A stretch of DNA of 56,744 nt from the IMG/VR virus record IMGVR_UViG_3300042808_000057, positions 1-56,744 of that record; one strand, 5' to 3'. The translations under genes were made by a program, and so were the position numbers. The notes below the pieces were generated by a model. The model saw only the letters and a list, made by a program, of their open reading frames with translations. It searched no databases and was not told the DNA's origin. This stretch comes from a virus. Lineage: Duplodnaviria; Caudoviricetes. Of this stretch, positions 27,780-37,807 are shown in pieces (positions within the stretch are counted from its first letter, which is position 1; each line of letters opens with the position of its first letter).

Positions 27780-27917
27780 CTAAAATTCCTCGTTGGCCGG
27801 GCGCGTTCTCACCCTCAACCAATCACCCGGTTTGTATTTCGCTTGATCAATCGTCTCTTTTGGGATCTGTAACCGCCCGCGCGAATCCACCCGCGCTAAG
27901 AACTCGTAGTATGTCAT
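27780..27917 (-). CDS. AbrB/MazE-family regulator (45 aa; not in ORF track)
   Basis: MTYYEFLARVDSRGRLQIPKETIDQAKYKPGDWLRV. Confidence 0.8.
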   Translation of the reverse strand: MTYYEFLARVDSRGRLQIPKETIDQAKYKPGDWLRVRTRPANEEF

Positions 27918-28042
27918 CTATGCAACTAATTAGCATCGATAGTATATATAGTTTATCTATGTCGATATGCTCAAGCGAAAACTATTTATTCTCATAAAAT
28001 AAGCTAGTATTGCCCTAATACCAAGGGCAGGGAGCAAAATAC

Positions 28043-28165
28043 ATGGACCAAAATTATAGGCAACTCTTAGAGAAGAATTTAGACTTCTTCTGCCAGCATG
28101 AAGAGGAAAACCCCGGCTATTACGGCCCGAAGATCCGGGAATTAAGCGACCGCCTGGGGGTCTAG
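28043..28165 (+). CDS. Small hypothetical protein (40 aa)
   Basis: GGGAG RBS; MDQNYRQLLEKNLDFF. Confidence 0.45.
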   Translation: MDQNYRQLLEKNLDFFCQHEEENPGYYGPKIRELSDRLGV

Positions 28166-28247
28166 AATTATGATTATCATCTTTAGCAGGAGGTGGTAGC
28201 GAAAAGTTGCCAATTGTGTCTGACCGTTTGAATCTTCCTCCATTGCG

Positions 28248-28303
28248 ATCGCTCGATATCATGGTGTCCCAAAGGGGCGCGGGTCCGATTCCCGCCGGGC
28301 GAT
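28248..28303 (+). ncRNA. tRNA-like mini-structure A
   Basis: Acceptor-like ATCGCTCG/CGGGCGAT stacked on T-arm GCGGG-TCCGATT-CCCGC; one small hairpin, no D arm or anticodon arm. Confidence 0.5.
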
Positions 28304-28323
28304 ATTCCTCAGGTGATATAAAT

Positions 28324-28524
28324 ATGGACAAATCCGAAGTAATAGCCTTAATGGAAAGCTCAAAAAGTGACAATGAATGGAATGAAAACTGCGATAAGGT
28401 AAAGGATGCCTGTAATGGATATCCGGATTACTGGTATCGGGAAATTGTAATGTCTGGTCTTTGTGATCGCGTGTCACAAAAATTCGGTGGCAGCGGTTCA
28501 AAGATAACGATTTCAAAATGGTAG
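28324..28524 (+). CDS. Small hypothetical protein
   Basis: AGGTGA RBS; MDKSEVIALMESSKS..WNENCDKVK..YPDYW. Confidence 0.65.
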   Translation: MDKSEVIALMESSKSDNEWNENCDKVKDACNGYPDYWYREIVMSGLCDRVSQKFGGSGSKITISKW

Positions 28525-28567
28525 GCAGCCGTTGGCCCTTGCCCGGATCGATGCCGGGCACTGCCCA
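28524..28567 (+). ncRNA. tRNA-like mini-structure B
   Basis: GGCAG/CTGCC closing stem with TGCCCGG-ATCGATG-CCGGGCA T-arm-like hairpin, ending in CCA. Confidence 0.4.
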
Positions 28568-28622
28568 TTGCCAGGCCATCTAATTCCCCCGAATTGCGAT
28601 AATCTGCCTGGCATTGCTACCT

Positions 28623-28743
28623 GTAGAATCAGCATGTGCGTATCGTCTGGGCGCGCGCCGGGCTTTCGGCTCCATGCGCTGTCGCATCCTTCGGTCGCTC
28701 CGATTGGCCCGACAGAGAACCGGGTTCGACTCCCGGATTTTAC
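28623..28743 (+). ncRNA. tRNA-like structure C with enlarged internal domain
   Basis: 7-bp acceptor-like GTAGAAT/ATTTTAC, canonical T-arm CCGGG-TTCGACT-CCCGG, internal stem CTGTCG/CGACAG. Confidence 0.55.
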
Positions 28744-28761
28744 TTTCAGTAGGTGACATAA

Positions 28762-28995
28762 ATGAACTTCAACAAATTTGTAGGTGAGAAGGTTGTGCTT
28801 TCCGCTATGCCCAACCTGAGAATAGAAGGCAAGGTACTTGGTATCAAGAATACCGACAATTGCGGATCGGGCTGTGATGGCGATTGCTGCTCTCCCTGGA
28901 TGGAAATCGAGCTATCCGCCGATGACAAGACCCTGGATGGCAAGACGGCTCTGGTGGACTGCGGCATGATAACTTGTGTGGTGGAGATGGAATAG
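28762..28995 (+). CDS. Small beta-barrel protein, possibly Sm/LSm-like, with Cys-rich loop
   Basis: AGGTGA RBS; FVGEKVVL..IEGKVLGI..LVDCGMITCV. Confidence 0.5.
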   Translation: MNFNKFVGEKVVLSAMPNLRIEGKVLGIKNTDNCGSGCDGDCCSPWMEIELSADDKTLDGKTALVDCGMITCVVEME

Positions 28996-29148
28996 ATGGC
29001 CCAAGCAGACCCAGTTTTCCGAGTAGATCTTTTCTCGGATCTACTGGCACAATTATCCGATGAGGGCATAAGCAATTTGCGCGGGGCAATCGCGTGCGAA
29101 GATGGCAGGCGAATCAAAATCAAAGACCAATTCCCGGAGCTGAGATAA

Positions 29149-30006
29149 ATGGCAGGAAAAATCGACCTCAAAGAACTAACCCAGGCAGTTCAACAGATTG
29201 GCTACCCAGCCAGCAAGGTAACCGATACCATGTGGGAGGTCACACTTCCAGATGGCTCTAAAGCCACTGTAGGGCTCAAGGACGGGCTTTTGGACTGTCC
29301 GAGGAGCAAAGATCTCAAAGACAAGGTATCTCTCCTTATAGCCGACATTAGGGCCGGTATGGGGCAAGTTCCTGCTATAATGGGCGATGAGAAGACCAAG
29401 ATAATGGGCCTAATGCAACAGGTTCCCGGATTCATGCCAGAGATTAGCATAGAGATGATCGCTAACCTGGTCCATTGCCCAGAGGCCACTGCGGAAGATC
29501 TCATGATGCTGGCAGTCACGGCCAAGAACATCGGGGCGAATCCGTTCCTCCCGGGGGAGATATTTCTTATCAAGCCAAAGAGAAGAGACGACGGCTCACA
29601 GCCGCCTGCCTATACAGTGATCGGACAAACGCTAGTGGCCAAGAAGCTGGTCAATGCACCGGGCTTCTCTAAGGCGATAAGGGGCATCATAGTAGAGAGC
29701 AAGGAGGGGGTCGTGACCTTCAAGCAGGGCAACTATTACAACCCGAAGAGAGAAGAATTGACTGGGGCCTGGGCGGAAATCCACTACGACGATGGGAGGG
29801 TAATCCGAAAGGAAATGCCAATCCATGAGCTTTTCGGCACCAATCCGAGCCCCAACCAGAAGAAGATGCCCGGACTCATGGCTGCGAAGAGTGCCTTCAT
29901 GATGGCAGCCAGGGAAGCAGAGCCGGGCCTCATGGGCGGATGTTATGATGCTGACGAAATGGGTTGCCAGTTGAAGATGGACCCGGCAAAGGAGATCTCA
30001 GCATGA
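29149..30006 (+). CDS. Single-strand annealing recombinase (RecT/Red-beta family)
   Basis: NPFLPGEIFLIK, LTGAWAEIH, KKMPGLMAAKSA..AAREA..GCYDADEM. Confidence 0.8.
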   Translation: MAGKIDLKELTQAVQQIGYPASKVTDTMWEVTLPDGSKATVGLKDGLLDCPRSKDLKDKVSLLIADIRAGMGQVPAIMGDEKTKIMGLMQQVPGFMPEISIEMIANLVHCPEATAEDLMMLAVTAKNIGANPFLPGEIFLIKPKRRDDGSQPPAYTVIGQTLVAKKLVNAPGFSKAIRGIIVESKEGVVTFKQGNYYNPKREELTGAWAEIHYDDGRVIRKEMPIHELFGTNPSPNQKKMPGLMAAKSAFMMAAREAEPGLMGGCYDADEMGCQLKMDPAKEISA

Positions 30007-30926
30007 CGCCCCCCATTTTCAACCTAGACGATGAGGTGGAAATCATCGGCAGAGGCAGGCGGTTCAAGATATCGCAACTCCAGCGAAACTGTGATGGGTC
30101 CACGTCTTATTCATACGGCGGATTGCCTTGGTATCCTGCCAGTAGCCTGCGATTGGTGGAAGAGCTGCATATTGGTGATTATGCCGAAGTGGTCTTAACA
30201 GGCAGTTCGTTTACTGGAAAAATTGGACAAGTGACAGATGACAGCGGATTAGAGACCGTTGTATTGTACAATGTGGGTGTCTGGGACCGCCGTAACCTAC
30301 GAAAGTTGTCAGAGGAGGAAGTCAAAGAACATGTCGCACTGAAGATAGGCGATGAAGTGGAAATCACCGGTCCATGTAAGCACGGATATCGGGGAGGTGT
30401 TGGTGAACGATTTGTGATCACCAAAGCTCGTGATTGCATGTTTTCCGCCAACGGGCAATGCTGGCTGCCAGCCAGTTCCCTCCGATTGGTGGAAGAAGAG
30501 CTGAAGATCGGGGATTGGGTGGAGGTGATCGGGCCGTATGATCCAATCTTCTCGCCTGTGCCAGGCGCGCCTTCCATATTCCAGATAGATGCCATATTCA
30601 ATGCAGGCAAATGGTATAGATCGGATTATGAGGGCGATGTATGCTATCCTGCTAAGAGCCTACGAAAGCTCACCCCAGAAGAAATATCGCAGCACCAGAA
30701 AGGCCAAATCAAGGTATCTGTGAACCTGGATTGCTCAGAGTTCGCAGCCGGATTGGAGAAATGCCAGGATAAGCTCTGGAAGATCGGCATAGAGGCGCGG
30801 CTATCCACCATCGAGGCACAACAGAAAGAGATGTGGGATCGCATGGACATCAACCGCGAATTGCGTGATACGATGCAAGAATCAATGTGTCGGATGAAGA
30901 AAGCATTTCGGGAGGCGGGCCAATGA
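30003..30926 (+). CDS. Protein with four tandem KOW/SH3-like repeats and C-terminal coiled coil
   Basis: Repeats IGDxVE(I/V)...(Y/L)PA(S/K)SLR(L/K). Confidence 0.7.
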   Translation: MTPPIFNLDDEVEIIGRGRRFKISQLQRNCDGSTSYSYGGLPWYPASSLRLVEELHIGDYAEVVLTGSSFTGKIGQVTDDSGLETVVLYNVGVWDRRNLRKLSEEEVKEHVALKIGDEVEITGPCKHGYRGGVGERFVITKARDCMFSANGQCWLPASSLRLVEEELKIGDWVEVIGPYDPIFSPVPGAPSIFQIDAIFNAGKWYRSDYEGDVCYPAKSLRKLTPEEISQHQKGQIKVSVNLDCSEFAAGLEKCQDKLWKIGIEARLSTIEAQQKEMWDRMDINRELRDTMQESMCRMKKAFREAGQ

Positions 30927-31050
30927 TCCCGCCTTGCCGCCACCGATCCGGCGGCCTCCGGGGATTTCAATGCCTGAAATCCAAGATGAGCATGTCTCCA
31001 GAAGAGGCGGAAATGGTATGTGGTGGATGTAGTGAGAGGGAGGAGGTAGC

Positions 31051-32237
31051 ATGAAGGAAATAGGCGAACGTCTTCGCAAGGGGATAACCGTTGAAGAAAT
31101 TTCTGAGACATTCCGGAAACAAACGGAAGGATTGATGCCCGGAAAATGGCAATTCGTTGGCCTCCAATTTCATTTCGTTGAAGAAGAGCAATACCTCTTA
31201 GCATCGCCTGGAATATATTCAAAAGATTTTGACAGAGAAAAATATGAGGATTCGGCATGAAAAAAGAACCGCCCAAACGAAAGCGACAAGTTCCGTATAG
31301 GCCGGAAGATTACGACGGCAGCAAGGGGGATGAGGAAGAATGAACACCATCTACAAGGTCGCCGTGATGTGGTTCTTAGTCGGACTTGCCTGGGGCTATA
31401 TCATTTGGGGGTTTCGATGACGGCTGAAGAATACCAGAAGAAGGACAGCATGACCTGGATTCCCTCGTATGGCGGCAAAATCCACATATTAGGCACCATT
31501 CGACCGGGGCCGATGTGGTCCCTTTGCGGCATATCCCTTGCGCGGGATGCGGTTGAGAATCCACCAGAGGATCAGAAATGCAAGAGGTGCCTAAAACTGC
31601 ATGAGGCGATGCAATGATTGCCGCCCGTAGCCTCCTGCAAAAAGAAATCGCTGCCCGTGGTGGCAATGGTCTCTGCAATCCAGACGCAGAATGTGGTTGT
31701 GATCTGGATGATCTGGCCCCATGCGAATGCATCAATCTGGATGGATGTCATGTAGCAATCCGCAAGACCTCAGAGCCGGATTCTGAAGAGATGGCTAATT
31801 TTGGCCTGGAATATTATCAGATGATGGAATGACTGCTGAAGAGAAGCGCCGGAAGCTCATCGAGGATGCTAAGGCAGACATTAAAGAATTTGAAGAGGCC
31901 CGGAAAGATGACAGTAATTAAATTTAGCCATCGATATAACAAGATGCCGCGAGACTTTCAGAGATCGAAGCTCTTGGCGGTATTGTCGGTTAAGCTGGAA
32001 GATCTTGGGGCAGATTTCATTCTCTATGATACGGCATATGTAGACGAATTGCTGCGGGAATGTTACTATCCGTTGCCTGCCAAAGGCGATTACATGGTGC
32101 TCTTGCTACAAGCGGGCTCAGGTTGCGGCCAATTGTGGACCACCATACGAAGTCAAAAGGGCAAGAAAGGAATTGATAAGATGGCCTATTACAAGGGCAA
32201 AGTGGGTGAGGTCGTGGAATGCCGAATAACCGAATAA
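31051..32237 (+). other. Run of short hypothetical genes (31051-31260, 31614-31832, 31908-32237 and others)
   Basis: RBSs and overlaps; several are Cys-rich. Confidence 0.5.
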
Positions 32238-32983
32238 ATGCATACATAGCCGCCGGTGAAGGCGCCCGCGAAAAAGCTTTGCGGCAAGCAATCTATGTAG
32301 ATAAGCGATTTGAACCGTTGCAAGTGGCTACCGAGCTGCCCGTAGACTTGCGCTTCCATCTGGATACGGAAGACTGGAATGACCTCTTGGACATTGAGCT
32401 TAAACTGCCTCAGGACTTCGTACAATCGGTCTTATCGGGCCATCTCATGGAGCAGACACTTTCTATCCGGGAAGGCGGCAATAATGGATGTACCGTCATA
32501 TTAGGCAGCCTAGACGAGATATACGAAGCTATCCGAGCATCTGCCACCGGGCGCGGTGTAAAGAAGGCAGAGATGGGGCATGTAATAGCCACCACGCATG
32601 CCAGATGCAAGAGCTTCCGCAAGAGGTCTTTCCTGAATGGAGTGCCGATATTCCACAAGGGAGATGATAGCGGATTTTTCGATTCAGACGACCAATGGAA
32701 AGATATCTTAGAGTTGGCTCATGATTACCTTTGCGATGGCGATCTATTAGGATTTAGGCAACGGCCCGCAGAAAACGAGCGGGAAGTTTGCGCCGCTGCA
32801 ACCCTTTTTCGTGGGATTGGCCCGGAAGTCATGCGCACCCTCCTGCAGGATTACCAGCTATGTTTCGCCCCCAGGAATGGCTACGCGAGGCCCATAGAGG
32901 AGATCCCCGGCATTGGACCGAAACGAGCGCAGGCGATTAACCCACATGTGAGGATGACGTATCTCGATCGGGTGAAAGCATGA
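32219..32983 (+). CDS. ERCC4/XPF-like nuclease with helix-hairpin-helix motifs (candidate resolvase)
   Basis: LPVDL..IELKLPQDFVQSVLSGHLMEQ; FRGIGPE and IEEIPGIGPKRAQAI. Confidence 0.75.
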   Translation: MPNNRINAYIAAGEGAREKALRQAIYVDKRFEPLQVATELPVDLRFHLDTEDWNDLLDIELKLPQDFVQSVLSGHLMEQTLSIREGGNNGCTVILGSLDEIYEAIRASATGRGVKKAEMGHVIATTHARCKSFRKRSFLNGVPIFHKGDDSGFFDSDDQWKDILELAHDYLCDGDLLGFRQRPAENEREVCAAATLFRGIGPEVMRTLLQDYQLCFAPRNGYARPIEEIPGIGPKRAQAINPHVRMTYLDRVKA

Positions 32984-33500
32984 GCGGTGATTGGTTCACC
33001 GGGTCTTCCTTATCTGCAATCTGTCGAGAAATCGAGATAGCCGAACGGCAGAAACGCAAAATAGAGCGCATAGCCCGCCAAGCCGAAGCCGCGCAGCGAT
33101 TCGCGAAAGGAGGACATTGGAAATGAACCTCAGATGGAAGCTCGCTATAAAATTGGCCGGGTGGATCGGCGGTGACGATTATAGGCGAACTTATAACATG
33201 GTCGCTAGATTGGCTGACGATAGAATGAACCAAATTGATCTCGTTCCGACCTTAGAAGATAAGTGCGTTTGGTATTTGGTTGAATCACATCTGACGCCAA
33301 AAAGGAACGAAAAAATTGATACTTTGCTCGGAATGTTTATGATATGGAGATACCATGAGGTGCCTCTCCTGTAACCGTTATTTCGTTCTCCTCTCGCCCC
33401 CTGCCCGCTGCCCTGATTGCGGTGGCCCGTTGGGTGACAGGCGGGAACTGAAGGATATAAGAATATTTAGGATGATACTACCAAGAAGGAGCTAAGTAAC

Positions 33501-33815
33501 ATGGCAATTACACCAAATGAATATATCCCACATTCTGACGATACTTACAAGGATCTGGGGGCTGAAATAGGCCATCTGGTAGACCAAAAACAAGAACAAT
33601 ATGGAAATTCCTTTGGCCGATCCGGGGAAGTCTTGCAGATCCTTTATCCAAGCCTGATAAAGCCTGAGCAATATAAGGATATGTTGGCAGTATGTCGCAT
33701 AATCGATAAGCTATTCAGGATCGCTAACGGCGACCAGGGCGATGAATGCGCCTGGCAGGACATAGCAGGATACGGAATATTGGGGGCTGGTCAGAATGCA
33801 ATACGATTCAAGTAA
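33501..33815 (+). CDS. Nucleotide-modification-associated domain protein (Nmad1/DUF1599-like)
   Basis: KQEQYGNSF..RIIDKLFRIA..WQDIAGYGIL. Confidence 0.7.
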   Translation: MAITPNEYIPHSDDTYKDLGAEIGHLVDQKQEQYGNSFGRSGEVLQILYPSLIKPEQYKDMLAVCRIIDKLFRIANGDQGDECAWQDIAGYGILGAGQNAIRFK

Positions 33816-33974
33816 CAAAATATTAACCATGTCGCAAACCGATCTGGAGCACTGCGGCTTTATCTGGCTGGATTTCAAGGATATGATGTATTTGCATGGA
33901 TTTAGCGAAGCTGACATAGATGCCGCGAGGGAAGCGCATACGATTGTGGTGGCTATGCATAAGGGGCTATATAA

Positions 33975-34166
33975 ATGAGCCAAGACCAAGCCTATCAAAT
34001 TCTGCGAACATTCGGCCCCATTCCCTCGAAAGGCATAGCAGAAGCATTTGGGCAGGCCCCATATACAGTACAAAGTTCTCTAAAACGACTCTTGAAACAT
34101 GGTGATGCTAAGTATATCTCGATACCTGGCCAAAGGGGCCGGTGTGGCCTGTGGGATGCCATATGA
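33975..34166 (+). CDS. Small wHTH protein
   Basis: ILRTFGPIPSKGIAEAFG...VQSSLKRLLKHG. Confidence 0.6.
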   Translation: MSQDQAYQILRTFGPIPSKGIAEAFGQAPYTVQSSLKRLLKHGDAKYISIPGQRGRCGLWDAI

Positions 34167-34569
34167 GCGGATGGGCGGGCACCAAATACAAGAGCATCGA
34201 TGAGATGAGGGCGTTAAGGGATGCTGCCCTGTGGTATTGGCAACTAAGGACGCGAGCTTATTGGCTGCTGGAAGAGACGAATGGCTTGATGTTCTGCGAG
34301 GGGTGGAAATAATGGGATGCCAAATTCGACCCAACGCGACCGCATGTCACATGCTCAGCTTCGGAGTCAGTCCAAAAATATTGCTATCCTTGCCATGTCA
34401 TCTAATCGGGGTCCACCAAGGCGTGACCAACCGCCTGGCCTGCGACGGCATGATTATGAGGGACCACAAAGAGCGCATAAATGGATCATTAAGGATGATC
34501 TGGAAGGCCGGGCCCAGGTTGCCCGGATTGCTGAAATGGTGCCGAGAACATGGGCATCTTGAGGGTTGA

Positions 34570-35214
34570 ATGTGCCAACGTCCTCACCGAACCCGCCGCT
34601 GGTGCGTAAAATGCAAAGCAGTCACCCACTGGCAGATTGACCCGGCGATCAATCATAGCCGCTGCCTAATATGTCACTCTGATAGTAGGTTTAGCAGAAA
34701 AGTAAAAAAGACTACCAAGGAGGAGCCAAAGATGAATAAGCAATACGTAAAGGATGTCGTTGATGCTGCAATGGCAGCACTCCGAAAAGAGTATGACGAA
34801 AAGCTAGATGCTATCTACCAATGCCCAGATTGCGGCTCATTGGCTCTAAAAGGCTCAGATCATGTATGCCTGCAAGGGAAGATCCCTGTCTCAGATCCCG
34901 GAATGGTTGCAGCAAAGCCAAAACGCAAAACCATCAATGATTATGTGTTGGAGGTCTTGCCCTGCGAACCGCCTCTTATAGATGGCCCGATCCCCGAATA
35001 CACGACATACACCGCAAAAGGGATAACTGATATCGTTCTTTCCGAGGGATATCATGGCTCACCGGGTTCAATTGCTTCGGCCCTTTCCAGTATGGCGAAG
35101 GCCAAACGGATTATGCGCCGGGCTGCAACACTCACAATAACCTCTACTAGCAAAGCAAATAAGAAATTTGAGAAAGAGGTTCCTGGGTTCGTGTTCTGGA
35201 AGGCGGCGGTATGA
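34570..35214 (+). CDS. Zinc finger plus wHTH hypothetical protein
   Basis: CPDC motif; TAKGITDIV..SIASALSSM; start may be internal. Confidence 0.5.
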   Translation: MCQRPHRTRRWCVKCKAVTHWQIDPAINHSRCLICHSDSRFSRKVKKTTKEEPKMNKQYVKDVVDAAMAALRKEYDEKLDAIYQCPDCGSLALKGSDHVCLQGKIPVSDPGMVAAKPKRKTINDYVLEVLPCEPPLIDGPIPEYTTYTAKGITDIVLSEGYHGSPGSIASALSSMAKAKRIMRRAATLTITSTSKANKKFEKEVPGFVFWKAAV

Positions 35215-35531
35215 CAGCACAAGACAAAGTCACGGTTCTTACTTTTTTTGCGATAATCGTTATCATCGTGGCTATACTGAGCTTTGCGCAAAAGGCAGCA
35301 CCACGATATGATGCTTCGATCAATGGCACTTTATCGCATGATGCAGTTATTTATAGCCAAATATCGGCTTGCAATTGCTCCTATCAAAATCAAGACGTTG
35401 ATAAAATAATCGGGTGGTATCATAGCGGATCAGCCGATTGGGTGAGAGATGGCTTCTTTTATGACTGTTGTAACAGGACCGCGACCTACAAAAATGACAG
35501 CCAGTGGTATGATATACGTATAGATCGCTAA
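35211..35531 (+). CDS. Membrane-anchored exported protein
   Basis: N-terminal TM helix VLTFFAIIVIIVAILSFA; sequons NGT, NCS, NRT, NDS. Confidence 0.65.
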   Translation: MTAQDKVTVLTFFAIIVIIVAILSFAQKAAPRYDASINGTLSHDAVIYSQISACNCSYQNQDVDKIIGWYHSGSADWVRDGFFYDCCNRTATYKNDSQWYDIRIDR

Positions 35532-35684
35532 CTTTTTCCTCTTTTCCCTCTTTTATTTCCTCATCCAACCTGCACCATTTTGCTATCTATATAGTCTCTA
35601 TACTTTCCAGTGCAAACATATATATCCTATCAGTTTTATACTGCAAGTTGGGCGGGCTCTACCACCTGCCTTTAGGGAGCTTGT

Positions 35685-36230
35685 ATGTCTAAACATTCCT
35701 GTCGTTCGTGTGGTGTGAAATTATGCCGCGAAAATGCATATAAAAATAGAAAAAGAGGACACGGCTATCGTGGTATTTGTAAAGCATGCCACAATAAGCA
35801 AAGTTATGATCGAAAGCGTGTGAGCAGGACAATAAAACGGTCCTATAGATTGAAGGCAATTAATAGGGCAAAGCCTATCGAGTTTTCAAGCAGTGACGAT
35901 AAACGCCGGTTCTTGTTGCTTCGCCGCCTTCAGTCCATCGGCATAAGGCCATCTATCGGTTTTACATCGCGATTAGGTCAACGAGTAGAGCATATCGTAG
36001 AAGAGCGCAACAAAGAAACACGTGAATTAAAACGCTATTATCTTGAAACGTTATGCTCTGAATGTAGTGGAATAATCAGGTTTGATGATCGCGGTTTTAA
36101 GGTATGTGTTCATTGTGGCCTTTTGGCCGAACTGTCCACATTAGACAATGAACTTGGGCCGGAAATCGGGCCACGCGATCTAAGGCAGAACGAATATTAC
36201 AGTCATGCCGGGCCGGAAGGGGCTGATTAA
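35685..36230 (+). CDS. Basic zinc-binding protein with C-terminal TFB/TFIIB-type zinc ribbon
   Basis: CSECSGIIRFDDRGFKVCVHCGLL; N-terminal CRSC..CKAC. Confidence 0.6.
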   Translation: MSKHSCRSCGVKLCRENAYKNRKRGHGYRGICKACHNKQSYDRKRVSRTIKRSYRLKAINRAKPIEFSSSDDKRRFLLLRRLQSIGIRPSIGFTSRLGQRVEHIVEERNKETRELKRYYLETLCSECSGIIRFDDRGFKVCVHCGLLAELSTLDNELGPEIGPRDLRQNEYYSHAGPEGAD

Positions 36231-37336
36231 AGCCCCGTGCGTAAGTCCTGGCATTCTTATTACCGAAAGTTATTTATCCTATGCCACCCCTTATCCCCTC
36301 GGCATGTTGCGACGGATCGCCCTAATCCGTGGGCGCGCACTTGCCCTGTGCCGGGGTCTCTGCTCAACGCGGCCAAATGGCCTACACGGACCCGGTATCC
36401 CCCTGATACATGTCGAAATATACAGGCCATCGCTTAGACCGTTGGGCCATCGCGTTAGACCAAGAAATGATGCGCTGGCAAGATGTCATGATGGCCATAG
36501 AGGCGGCAGTAGAGGCGATATACTGCATGACGATTCCATCAGAACGGAATATTTAATACAGCGAACTCCATCCGGCAGGCGATTGGACACCTTGCCTATC
36601 ACAGTCATTACTGCAATAATGACATGCCGCGATCCCAATAGCGGGTCTTCCATTCAGGGCGGGCGGGGGCCTGCCCGGTCCTAATCATGAAGAGATTCAC
36701 CAAGGCTAAACAAGGGCTGCGCCGCTAGCATACCCGGTAAGAGCGGGTGCAAGTGTGGCCCATGCGATTATCGCGATGAGGAGGGCTTTGCCCGTCTGTG
36801 ATTCGCATTACATCTTTGTCATTGTGGTCCTGACAGCTACATGATCCAACCTGAGAAACAAACCTTTCAAAACCGGCTCGTGTCCGCGGGCCGGTTATCC
36901 TTGTCATTTTCGCGAAGTGACACTATAAATACTCAACTTCCAAGCGGCCTAAGGCGATGTGAGAAGCTTGGAAGGCATACCTTTTATTTTGCCCGGTAAG
37001 ATGTTTTTGTTCGCCCCGAAAAGTTCCGCAAACTCGCTATCCTGAGACGGCGAAAAGGCGGGTGTCATAAGGCGATTAGGTGCGGTCGGGCTTTTCTTGA
37101 TTATCTCCTTTCCTAGTCCATCCATGCAAGGACCGCCCTTAAGTGGCCTGGGTGCGGGATTCGTAGCGGCGAATCCCAACTACGCAATTGACCTTCCTGG
37201 CAGATCACGCCTGCCGGGGGTCAGATAATTATCTGATTGCCAACAAACGCCTCGCTGCCATTCCTGCATCTTTAGCTACTTATTGTCAATGAAAATATTT
37301 GCATTACATGATAAACTATTTTAGAAGGAATCCCCC

Positions 37337-37807
37337 ATTGTCCACAAATCCTGTCGTATCTGCTCCCTAGGCACCGATGTCCGCCGGGCCATAGACAACG
37401 ACATAGCCGCCCTGATGCCATATGCGCAGATAGGCCGCAAGTATGCAAAGCAGATCTCCAGGGCCGATTCCCATAGATATGTTAGCGAGCACGCTAAGCA
37501 TGTGGGGAAGCTCCCTGCCCATCGTCAGCCAATCCCCGGCACGGTTGCAGAGGAACGGGAAGTGCGGCACAGGAAGACGGTGGAAGAGAGGCAGGATCAG
37601 ATCTATGATACGGCCTTTGACCTGATTAAACAGGCTGCTGAGAAGGGCGATATTAGGGGCGCGGCAAGCTGTTTGGCTCAGGCTGCGAATGTGACGGCAC
37701 AGATGAAAGGAAGCGAGCCCGATAAGAATAACGCTCCTAAAGAATCCGCCTTCTGGAAGGCATACGGCGAACGGGCCAAAGTGGTATTTGATGGCCAACA
37801 AACCTAG
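37337..37807 (+). CDS. Terminase small subunit candidate, probably ATT start
   Basis: Directly upstream of the large subunit; the frame is open from ATT 37337 and adds a CRIC..H motif ahead of an HTH-like segment. Confidence 0.6.
   Translation: MVHKSCRICSLGTDVRRAIDNDIAALMPYAQIGRKYAKQISRADSHRYVSEHAKHVGKLPAHRQPIPGTVAEEREVRHRKTVEERQDQIYDTAFDLIKQAAEKGDIRGAASCLAQAANVTAQMKGSEPDKNNAPKESAFWKAYGERAKVVFDGQQT

Noticed and set aside
28623-28743. Canonical or intron-containing tRNA gene
   Set aside because: The T-arm is canonical but there is no recognisable D arm or 7-nt anticodon loop, so it is kept only as tRNA-like.
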